NCBI RefSeq assembly: GCF_964204645.1
Contig: NC_134026.1
Coordinates: 18,572,150-18,636,149 of the forward strand
Direction of reading: 5' to 3'
Source: Tubulanus polymorphus
Taxonomy: Eukaryota; Animalia; Nemertea
DNA length: 64,000 bases
Part shown: positions 50,029-61,009 of the stretch, piece by piece
Position numbering within the stretch: position 1 is the first letter of the stretch
Layout of the letters: every line of letters starts with the position of its first letter
Program-made: the position numbers and the translations under genes
The notes under the pieces: model-generated
Databases searched by the model: none
The model's input: the letters and a program-made list of their open reading frames with translations, nothing else
What the model was told of the DNA's origin: nothing

Positions 50029-52919
50029 CTACACGCTATCAATGACCTTTGACTGTGTCTGTATTTCTGTTTCAACAGTTTCCAGTTCAGGTTTTTTACT
50101 CTTCACGCTTTTTCTCATTTTGACTGATTTCACTACTAGACTATGGGTTTCAGTTTGCATCTTGGTACCCAATGCCTGCTCTCCAAACAAATCTGCTTGA
50201 TCTTGCAATGAACTAATGTCTATCTCCAACGCCCTTTTCTTACTTTTCAATTCATCTAATTTCATCACTTCAAGTTTACGTTTTTGAGCTCTAGCGGAAT
50301 CTTCGTTTTGCTTTCTATTCTTATCAATATAAGCTTTGTAACGACTATGTGCAGAGCCGCAATACGATATGAGCTCAGTATTGATTTCAACATTTCTTAC
50401 ACCACCAACACTTTTCACACAATCACAAATGAATCGCAAAGCACGATATGACAGTTCAGATAAGTTATCTTCCTCAATTTGGTGGTTAACAGAAAAGCCT
50501 TGTTCAACGGCAGCTTGGCCATGAGATAACATAAGTAAGTTCTTCACTACCGGCCACAAATTACTGAAGTCATCAGTACCCATGTAATCATAATACAGAC
50601 AATCAAGCCTGTCCTTTTTCCAATCAAAATCCACAAAAACAGATTTATGTTGTGCCACTTTCATATCTACAAAATCTTCAAATTCATTTCTCAAATCATC
50701 GCAATCTTTATCGGGAACAATTTTACAGTGATTTAGTGATGAAAGTATTCTTTTGAATTTCGATTTACAAATGTCCGGATGGGAAGCTAGGTATACGGGG
50801 TCTAGACACTTCATATTTTGCACTACAGTATATCTAACAGGTGACTTAGCTTTAATTTTGACCACTACAGCAACTAGAAAAGATCTCACTCGCATTCTAA
50901 AGTCCATTGCCATTCTTTCTGAAATTTGCTTCAAAGCAAGTAATTCTTTCAGTTTTTTCTCTGCAATGTGCCCTACATCTATATCAGTATGAATACGGTA
51001 ATTGTTAGAGCTCTCAACATCAATTGCCAAAAGCTTTGACAGATTATCAGCGTCTTTCATTAGATCACCTTTAATAAATCTTTTCATTAAACTTCTTAAT
51101 ATAATGAAGAACTGAGATGCCATAAAAGGCATAAGAGGTCGATCACTTTGAAAATCAACTAGAAAAGGTCTGAGTATCTTAGCTATTGATAAGAATGCAT
51201 AAAAACGTGGAATCACAACATCATCTGATGCAGCATTCTTCACTTCAACGTACGCCTTACATGTTGGCTTTTCACTATTCTTCAATTTCGTTTCCACATA
51301 CAAAACGTATTTCTGAATAGATGTCCAAATTTCAACTGCTCTTTCCACTGCAGGAATATTATCCAGCCACCTGTGAAAAAGCAAACAATAATTGAAATAA
51401 TAAAAACTGTCAATCAAGTATTTCTGTATAATGGATTATTATGAACAGATTTACCTATGAGCGCAGAACTTCATCGGAAATATGGAACTACCGGTTACGG
51501 TTTCATAATCTTCTCTTCGAGCAGGGGAATCTTTAAACAGACTATACAGACTTCGCAATAGTGTTTCAATGTCCCATCCAGATTTAGTTGAGCCAGCCTT
51601 GAACGAATTATGCACAATATGGAGCCCACAGCTTCCAATATTGAGCAAGGTAGACTCTTTGTTGAATTCTGTTTTCACATATTCACTGAATTTGTCATAG
51701 AATGACCTGTTGACATTCGGACCGTCTAAGATATTTGAAAAAGATCGCCATAATTCAATTTGAATTGAGTAAAATGCCGCAGCATGTCAGATGCTCTAGC
51801 ATGACCGATGAAAGTTGAATCATGGTACCTTGTCACTACCTTGTTGTTGTCCCAGTATCGCAAATGTACATCCAATTGTTTTTTTTGGTTGTGATCATTC
51901 AGTGACTCGTCAAACAGCATGACGTATGGGGTACCATTAAGTTTCGACGAGAACTTTTCACGAAAGTACGGATTAATTCCAAACGAAGCAAGGTATTTAC
52001 ATTTATGTTCACTAAATGTAATTCGGTCTGCGATAACAGAGTCTGCAAACATTAGCTTAAACAAATCACGCACGTCCTCACAAGATTTGAAAGAAAAATG
52101 ACTAGTTACAGTCTTCAGAGTCCAAAGAATTTCAGTTTTTTTGACAGAGTCTTTAGAAACAAAATCATCAATAATGCTGCTGCTACTCCCGGTACTGGTT
52201 GTAGGCCTGTTATCAACAACAGACTGTACTCTAAAAAATAAAATAGAAAAATTATAACCAGTGATAAATAAATGGTCCTAAATAAATCAATTTTTGTTCA
52301 TTGAAATTGTATTATAATTATCAATCAGCCTACCCGTACATGAGTGACAGTGATCTCCACAGGTTAGCCATGTAGTGAGTAGGTTACCACATGCACAATA
52401 CTTATTATAAAATTCTGACTTATTGCCGGATTGGGATTCGAAACCAAATAAAAAAATATATGGCAGTAGTCCACAGAAAACAGCAGGGTCGATGAAAGTT
52501 AATTTATATATAGCCTCACCTAACCCTAACCCTATTCTTTCATGCATGATGTGCGTATGTAGTAGCCACGTATGGGTAGCCACTTTACTACAATTGAACG
52601 CAAATGAAAACATTAATCATTATTTAGAAGAGACGGTCATTTCAAAAGCACACACTTTCTTCCCACAGCGATTGTTGTTGAGATCTTTTTTGCCAAACAT
52701 ATCATCTAATCTAACTGTTTGAGAGACTATCGATCCACCAGATAGGTGTAGGTTACTTTTCATGTGAGACTTCAAAGCTCCCAAACCACCGGCTCCAAGT
52801 TCGTTCGATTTCATGCAAATTCTACATCTAAACTTATGAATAGAATTCGGAACATGTTCAATCCAGCTACGGTACTCCGGATGATGAAGCCACGAATCTT
52901 GAAATGTACATTTTCCCAT
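50029..52919 (-). pseudogene. hAT-like transposase (multi-exon, small lesions)
   Basis: MGKCTFQDSW..CRIC..SHMKSNLH (BED-like); MLFDESLN; DGPNVN; IGSCGLHIVHNSF; SPARREDY; FCAHR|WLDN; LSHGQAAVEQGFS. Confidence 0.88.
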
Positions 52920-54429
52920 CTTTCCACGGTGTAACGGGCCAGAGATTTTCAAAAAATCCGAACGCAAACCACCGCCATTTGCAATTTTGTGTAACAGGTG
53001 CCTGGACCAGGTAGCCATGGCAACCATAAAAATGAAAACTCAATAAAATTGAATTGACTCGCGACTCGTCGATGGTCACAACACCAATGAATAAAATGAA
53101 ATTGAATTGCCGTCGGCATGACATCGTCGGTATGTTTTTTTGTTCGAAACTCAACGAAATTTCTCATGACATTTTAAAATTGCCACTCTCAGACAAAATT
53201 GAACACATTTCAGAATTCACTGCCCCCTTTCCCATTTCCACTGCCTTTCTAAAAAATTCACTGCTATTAACAGCCGTGAATAGATTTTTTTCAATTCACT
53301 GCTATTTACTGCTTTCACTGCCCGCGACGAACCCTGCGAGTGGGTATACCACGTGTAAGTAGATCCGCTGGATTATTTTGGGTCGGTACGAAATTCAATT
53401 CCACTTTAAGATTATCTAATTTCAAAGAATTTATCTAGTGCACCCTGTTTTAAACGAAACATGGAAGTCGATTTTCACTCCTAGTCAAACTTATAGGACT
53501 ATCTCGCTGTCGGCCCAGATAATCGCTTAGCTGAAATGGTAGCATGCATTGAGCGCATTTAATGAATATCTGATCAAACAGGCCCCGACGGCGGTGGCCA
53601 TTAACTCGAGGCGTGGTAACGAGAGCTAATTAACGGGTACAACTTCTCTGTTTTTCGCTATGTTAAGTGCGTTGTTTTGACATAGATAAACGGTTGCTCC
53701 GTAGCCACGTATACTCGCTTCCACAAAACAACGTAATTCAGTATCGGTATCCTCCGGCGGCGCAGAAAAATTCTTCCGGTTAATCGCTATTTTTCTCGCA
53801 TTTTGTAGATCTCGGAACAAAGTTTTCCAATTATTGCACATTTCGTCCGGTAATAATTCATTCGATTGCTGTCGATTCGTCTTTCACCGACGTAACAACG
53901 TTGTCTATGTATATTCTTGATTTCATATCATAAGCGTACTACTATACTTTTGTATTTCGACAATCCGTTCGAATGCCTAATCACCCACTTCTACTATAGA
54001 TGATTGTAGATTTTCATCAGGTGTCAACGAGAGAATAGTTTGATCGAGTTCTTGTATGAGGTTTAGCTTTGTGACTGCTGATGATATGATTGCTACTAGA
54101 TTCTGAACTTCGGCTAGGCCTACTTCTGATGACCTGGATTGTAGGCCCTGGTAGACCTCCTCTGCACGATTGAGATATTTAGATAACTGCCCTCGGTGGG
54201 CCAACCGAGATGCTGTAGGACGCTTCGTTTGGTCCATTGTATTATGACGCTCAGTTTCGTCATTCGCGTGTTCTGATGTCGTCGACATGATCCTGGTCAC
54301 GGCACCAAATGTGATGGAGTGACTATAACCACAGAGAGCTGACCAGATCCGAAGGTGCAAAGTCGACAAGCTTGTTGTATTTCGTGAATCTAAACAGCAT
54401 CTAACTTTATTACTACCGTACTAGTGGAA

Positions 54430-55045
54430 AGCCCGTGGAAACCACAGGTGATTTTTAAACGTAGAACTTCCAACTTATTAGTTCATTACACATGAATTGG
54501 GTAGGAATTGAGTGGCCTATTATGTGGTGTGATCACCTGTGCCCATGGAGACCATATGGGATCTCGGGACCGACTAGACCTGTGCCCGAGGATACTGGGG
54601 CCCTTAATCACATACTGAAAATTTCTTCTTCCCATGGAGGCCCAAGGTAATAGAGCTATAGGTAGAAACAAATATGTAAAGTGCCGATATGATCATTTTA
54701 TAATGTATGAATTGTATGCAGTACTGAATATTTGAACCTGCCTGAAACAGAACTATAGATAGCAAACAAATGTACCGGTATGATCATTTCATAATGTAAA
54801 GCCTGTGGAAACCACGAGTGATTTTTAAACATACTACTTCTGACTTTTTTGTGAATTGAGTAGGAGTACTGTGATAACCCATGCCCGTTGAGACCATATG
54901 GGATCTCGGGACCGACTTGACCTGTAGCCAAGGATACTCGGTCCCTTAATCACATAATGAATATTTCTTCCCATGGAGGCCCTAACAGAACTATAGATAA
55001 GATATCAAAGAAATACATAAATTACCGATATGATCATTTCATTAT
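54430..55045. repeat. Diverged tandem duplication (units ~370 bp apart) inside the BEL-C LTR
   Basis: GTGGAAACCAC..GAGACCATATGGGATCTCGGGACCGAC..CCCATGGAGGCCC..CCGATATGATCATTT occurs twice. Confidence 0.85.
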
Positions 55046-55231
55046 ACGCGGTACTGAAGATCTGAACCCATGGGTACATCACGTAACAGATACACCACTC
55101 TGCTGACTTCAGTAAGTGAGTTTATTGCTTTGAACCAGCAGCAGCACCTCGTAGGTTACACTAAGTGGGTTAATTGCTTTTTTATTTACTATCATCTGTT
55201 ACATTTGAAAAACTGTTTCATGACCCGGCAG

Positions 55232-56456
55232 TATGGTGGCTGATTCGGGCCACGCCAAGATTTTTCGAACACGAAAAATCTCAAAACAAACTTTATAGCG
55301 AGAAAACAAATATTAACGCGAGAAAACAAATATTTAGCGCGAGAAAACAATTCATTTTGTTTTCTTGTACTAAATATTTGTTTTCTCGCGCTAATATTTG
55401 TTTTGGCGGGGCGAGAAAACAAACTTTTGTTTTGGCGGGGTCGCCAAAACAAATATTAACGCGAGAAAACAAATATTTAGCACGAGAAATCAAATATTTA
55501 GAGCGAGAAAACAAATTATTTTGTTTTTTCACCCGAAATATTTGTTTTCTCGTGTTAATATTTGTTTTCTCGCTATCGAATTTGTTTTCTCGCTTTAAGT
55601 TTTGTTTTGGCGGGGTCGAGAAAGTAGGGCGTGTATGTCGTTACAATACAAGGTCAGTTCTGTTTAACATCTGACTGCCAAATGATACGTGTGATATACA
55701 TTGTGTGTTGCGCGTATACCGAATTTTGCGTTCTGAATTAGAGAAAAGGAAAGCTATATTAGGAGAGCTCATATCTTGGTAGATCGTGTTGTGTTTTCTA
55801 CAAGAACAGGATGACCGCTCAGGTATGGAATTTGTTAAATATTCATATTTCGAAATTATCAAACTATTTGTTCTTAGTACCGTACTCTAATCCGCTTAAT
55901 CGGTTATATTTCTTTATAGAGGGCGATATCATCACACAATTGTTTAACGACGGGTTTACTAATAAGGAAATCTGCCACTCACTCACGACTTATTTTGCTT
56001 TGGCAATGAGGTAAGAGGTTATTTGGCCGCTAAGTAAATATCATACGTTGAGGGATCGATAAGGCTAAATTATGTATTTTCGCTAAATTTTCTGGGAATC
56101 GTTCTCAAATCCTTGCTGTCTTTGCTGTGAGCGTACATTAAAACGGCGAATTTACAAACTAGGATTAAAAAGGAGATGTAACTATAAATTAAATGAAGTT
56201 GCCAGTGTTGTAGAGGTAGTAACGGTTATCTATACGTAGACATTTAATTTCTAGTGTTTCATTAATATCAAAATGTTTATCATCGTAATATCGAGAAGTA
56301 TACAATGTTTCAGTTATCATTCTGACAAGTTAATTGCTGCCAGTATGTGATATAGGTTTCTTTAATTACGGGAAGAGTACGTGGTAGCGGTAGCTGTTTG
56401 GGCTACAGAGCCATGACAAGTACATTGAGGAATCGCTATGGAATCCGTGTTCCTAG
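55232..56456 (+). mobile_element. IS3EU-like element: left end with palindromic CGCGAGAAAACAAAT repeats and 5' exons of the transposase
   Basis: Starts TATGGTGGC; repeat block 55270-55615; exons from ATG 55811 encode IITQLFNDGFTNKEI.., RTLKRR..LGL, GSGSCLGYRAM..LRNRYGIRVP. Integrase core missing. Confidence 0.7.
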
Positions 56457-56799
56457 GTACGATGATGGTCCGTAATTGTTAGGAGGGGGATACATAGAAT
56501 CCTGCGTTAATTATACCTCATTTCTCTAAAACATTAAGGCCTTCTGACCATTCGGCGGAAAACCTTATTGTTATTGCCTTGATTATTATCACTGAAATGG
56601 AGTCGGATTGATTATGTTTTTATTATCCGAGATCAGTTTATCAGATGACCTGCGTGCTTTTCGGGACTGGCCAAAGTCCGAAATTCAATTTGAAAAGAAA
56701 GCGAGGCCCATGACATACCAATTCTTGAAGAATGCAATTATCGGAATTTGACGACTGGAATTTGAACAGTATATTTTTTCACGGTCCCTTTCTACAGTG

Positions 56800-58010
56800 T
56801 GTACTTACGAAGAGGCTAGGGTATTTATCAAACCACATGGTGCTGGTGACTGGAGCCCTTGAACACTTTCTGTCGCTGGGGATTCACCCTGAGCGTCTTG
56901 TTGTTGACTTAACTCACACAATTGCTGTAAAGTGGGAAAGTCGTCCTCGTCACTGCTGGTGGTACACGTGTGAAGGTATATTCTCACAGGATTTGACTTA
57001 TGAAAATCTATGTACGACTGAATACAGAACTCTTCACCTGATGGTAGGTGTTCTTTGAGTTTGTTTCCAGTAAACGTTGCAAGATATGTCGCTAAATCAT
57101 TGAGCTTTTACTTCATCCCGGATGCTTTGCCTTGAGGAAAGAACAACGTGGATATAACTTTGGTTAGTTCTAATAATTTCATTTTTTTGTCTACATCTAT
57201 GCCGTGGGAACCACCACCAAAACTCAGAGATACAGAATTGAATGATATTCCATCTTTTGAGTGTTTCCACCCGACCATGATACGTCTCGTTTGTTTTGCC
57301 GCATTCATGTTATGTTCATATTTCACTGTAGGCCTATCAACTTTCTTCGGTTTTTTTTCCATAAGCCATACGGAGTCTACTGACTACGTCTGACGTATTT
57401 TCGCCACCTAAAAAAGGTAAAGTTACACGTATACCGGGCATCAGGTTTTCATAAGAATAAGCTAGACAGTGAGCTCATGTAAATCACTTATCAACATCGG
57501 CATTGCTTTCGATGAATTCAAACAGAGGATTCGTTTAATTCAAACAGGATTTAACGAATGCGGATTGGATCCCTGGAGGACTAGTGTAGACTTACATTCA
57601 CTGTCTAAAGTCTATATCCATATTAAGTGAACATGGTGAATTAATTCAGTTACCGGTATTACAACTGAGAGTATTTATGTTGCTTAAAGTTTAATGATGT
57701 CTGTCTCCCGACTCACCCGTTTGACTTCTAACCATGTGACATCTTTGTCGTAACCGATTTCGGTCACCTATGGCACGAATACCCATAGCAATATAGTCAT
57801 CATCTGCTAAAGTCAAAACGTTGTCTATGTCTATCTATAAGGACAAAATGTTACCGAACATTTTAAGACTACGAAGGGCAAAATCATCATAATTTAATTC
57901 AATTCTCCTTGTTAATCGGAGTGTATTATTACCTTATTATCGCGAAAGACTGGGATGAACTGATCCAAGGCAAGTTCCGACAGAATGCGATTAATATTTT
58001 TCTCATCCAT
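56800..58010 (-). pseudogene. Spliced SAM-domain gene convergent with the IS3EU transposase (probable second gene of the element)
   Basis: ATG 58010; exons encode MDEKNINRILSELALDQFIPVFRDNK|IDIDNVLTLADDDYIAMGIRAIGDRNRLRQ (SAM-like), then RRIMVGWKH..GGGSH..LFFPQG. Confidence 0.6.
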
Positions 58011-58874
58011 GGCTGAATACACCTATAGCCTTCATTTGTGTGATCGTTTCGAAATTTTCAAAAAGAAAATACCTAGGGTGAATGATACATTCTTTTTATG
58101 ATTAATAATGATAATATATGGAAATCAAAGTAGAACTAGTCCACTTGGCCAGTGGTTATACAGCTTATCGTATATGCGTAACAATGGGACAATCTAGAAA
58201 ATCCATTGATTATGGATTTCTACGATCAACTGCAACCGGAGAACTTTTCTCAATTTAGATTTCAAATTTTCGATCACCTTTATACGTGGAAATGTTCTTG
58301 GATCCATTTAATATAACTGAGTCTCTTCAAATTGTTGATTATTTCCTAGTTTGGTAAATGGCCCACCACATAAATTCCAAAATACATTTTCAATGGAAAC
58401 CACACCCAAGCGATAAAACACGCCGAGATGTACCACCCGGCACATTTTTAGGGCGATACATGCAGTAACGACGAAGCAGTCGGTACAACAATTCGGTATT
58501 ATTATATATGATTATTATAAAAGATAGGGTTAAGGCATAGTATACATGGCGCGAAACAGCAACCAATCATATAAGAGAAACTTCAAAGAATCATATATGA
58601 GAACCAACACATGTTGTTCTCGACAATGAGTCAAGTTAGTTTGGCTGTGTAAGGTGTAAGTCTGAAGTCTGTACATAAGAGAAAAGACAAAAAATACAAA
58701 TTCAAGTACATAATGAACTTATAGAAGTATAGACCTATAGAAGTAAAAAAATTACTTTTGAAAGTGATTTATTTATTTAACAGTTTTTTTACAGCATACC
58801 TTCCTAGTATTTAAACATCAACATGGAAAACACAACTCTCGAGGACGACATGTGTTGGTTCTCTTATATGATTC

Positions 58875-59465
58875 CAGGGCTGCCAATGTCTCCGATTTCG
58901 GCGGAGTTTGCTACGGTAAAACCAGTAGAACTCCTGTGCTACGGGAGTGGTGAAAAACTACGCTCGAGCGTCGGTCTCATTCCGGTACTCCGCCGAAGAG
59001 TCAATCGAATACGCCCATAATCAATTTCACTCCGGTGTTCCGTTAGAATGCCAATCGAATACGCTCAAATTTATTTCACTCCAGCGTTCCGTTAGAATGC
59101 CAATCGAATACGCTCAAATCAATTTTGTCATTGTTAAATCCTATCCACAGAACGGTAGTCTTTGGTTTGTGCGCATGCGCAGTTATCAATAAGCGATCAT
59201 GAAATGTGATAGTCGGAGGTTGGATTTAGTATTCACCTGTTAACATGGCGGCATCGTTGTCTGATTTGGATTTTTCGGCAAACGAATCGAATTCCGATGA
59301 TGATGAAAGCGAATCGGAAGAAGGTGAAGTAACTGCGAGGAAGAGAAAATCCAAACAAGGGACTAGTAAGGAACAACAGAATAAAAAAACCCGTGTCGCC
59401 AATCAAAAATTCAAAGCAGAATATACGTCCAAGTATCCGTGCATTGTTCCATCTCAAATATCAAA
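58875..59465 (+). mobile_element. 5' end of another hAT-like element with truncated transposase start (59245-59465)
   Basis: CAGGGCTGCCAA terminus, CTCCG-type subterminal repeats; ORF with acidic/basic tract then QKFKAEYTSKYPCI, ending in (AT)n. Confidence 0.55.
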
Positions 59466-60030
59466 TATATATATATAAATGTATCTCGAGTGAAATTTTG
59501 CTTACGCTTGAGATCCGCGCTCTCCATTTTTCGACAATGTATTACTAGGAATGATGCATTATGGGTAGCTAATTCTGAATTAACTTCGGAGATAATTCGA
59601 ATTAGTTAATTTTTCGCTAATTCGCGTTTGTGAATCAGATTTAATCATCGAATTAACTAATTCGAATTAAGCATTTTTGATTTGAATTATCACCTAAGAT
59701 AAGCCTGTATTAAGACTCTTGGTGCTAATTAATTATTGTCTTATTACCAAGCATTAATAACAGCACAAACAACCAAATGCCCTGTAGAATTTACGGCCAC
59801 ATCAGTCAGCTAACTCCTAAAAAAGGAATTCAGTCTCTCTGAGAACTCCACAATTACATGCAAAAACAAATGCTCTAAAATGTGAAGATGACGCATGTAA
59901 ACGTATGTTTCTGGCTATAAATGCATTGTCAATTTTTACAATTACTAACTGCATAGAGATATAGAAAAATTGACAAGTATATAATGTATACATACTGTAA
60001 TCTATAACTATAAGAAATCTATAGTTATAG

Positions 60031-60070
<40 letters not shown>

Positions 60071-60186
60071 CCATCACCATCACCATCACCATCACCACCA
60101 CCACCACCACCACCACCACCACCACCACCACCACCACCACCACCACCACCACCACCACCACCATCACCATCATCATCATCATCATC
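60031..60186. repeat. Compound microsatellite (ATC)n-(ACC)n-(ATC)n
   Basis: Directly visible trinucleotide runs with mixed transition zones. Confidence 0.97.
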
Positions 60187-61009
60187 AATTGACGGATCCA
60201 TTGGAGGCTTTACAGCCTATTAATATCCGCTTCGATGTCTCGCTTTAAGTTGCCATACGGCAGTAACCCAGCTTTGGCTTGGAAAAACAGCTTTGATTAA
60301 TCTTGATTAAATTCGCTTTCAAGACACAATTTACCCTTGTTGTACTAGGGCAGGCCTAGTAGTAATATACCTGATTACATTCTCAGAAAGTTTAAACATA
60401 TAAAAACTATTAATTACTCCTTTTAATAATTTTTAGAGAATTTCATGATTCATACTGTTACTGAAATCATATCTGTTGGAAATAAAGAAGTGCGCCCATT
60501 ACAGTGTGGTACTCCAGCGAAATCCGGCAACCTCCATTATAAATCAATATGAAGCAATGATCTAAAGAGGTGACAGAACACAAAGTCCCACCGACACGAC
60601 TCTAGAGTACACCATTCCTGGTGGGTGTTACTGTTAGTAAAAGAAAATAGTTTAAAAAAATAATAATAATAGTAAAGTAACTGAAATTTTCTTTATGTTA
60701 GTAATTTGTTAATTATGTTAATTATTTTTACATGATTTGTTAGTTAAAATTGATGTATTTTCTTTCCTTAGAAAAACTTTTTTTTAATCAGGAAAGATTA
60801 TTAGTATAACAAACATTAAATTGATTTCATTAGTAAAAAGTTCATCAGAAATAATCATACACATGATTAGTAATAACATGACTTCCCGACTTTTTAAAGA
60901 TTCTGTACCTACTACTTAGGGTCGCATCTCTTACACAAGTGTACGTGCTATAAGTAAAAGAGATATAAATATTATAAAATTCACATTTGCGATAACACGC
61001 GCTTAAAAG

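Larger units (their letters stand above)
49437..53336 (-). mobile_element. Full-length hAT-family transposon, 3900 bp, 8-bp TIR CAGGGTTC, 6-bp TSD CGAGTG
   Basis: CGAGTG at 49431-36 and 53337-42 flanks CAGGGTTC...GAACCCTG; removing the element and one TSD copy restores the BEL frame. Confidence 0.93.
48860..55088 (-). mobile_element. BEL/Pao retrotransposon C (LTR 54310-55088, tRNA-His PBS 54290-54307, gag start, RNase H region), interrupted by the hAT
   Basis: PBS TGGTGCCGTGACCAGGAT; ELRCFVEASIRGYGATVYL, PRLELMA, WADS, NPADLLTRG|..LWWYGPDW across the hAT insertion, DDRGLIRCG. Confidence 0.88.

Noticed and set aside
55174-55674. Overlapping ORFs on both strands
   Set aside because: They derive from the palindromic subterminal repeats of the IS3EU-like element.
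59817-60188. Poly-Met/Val ORF
   Set aside because: Translation of the microsatellite.
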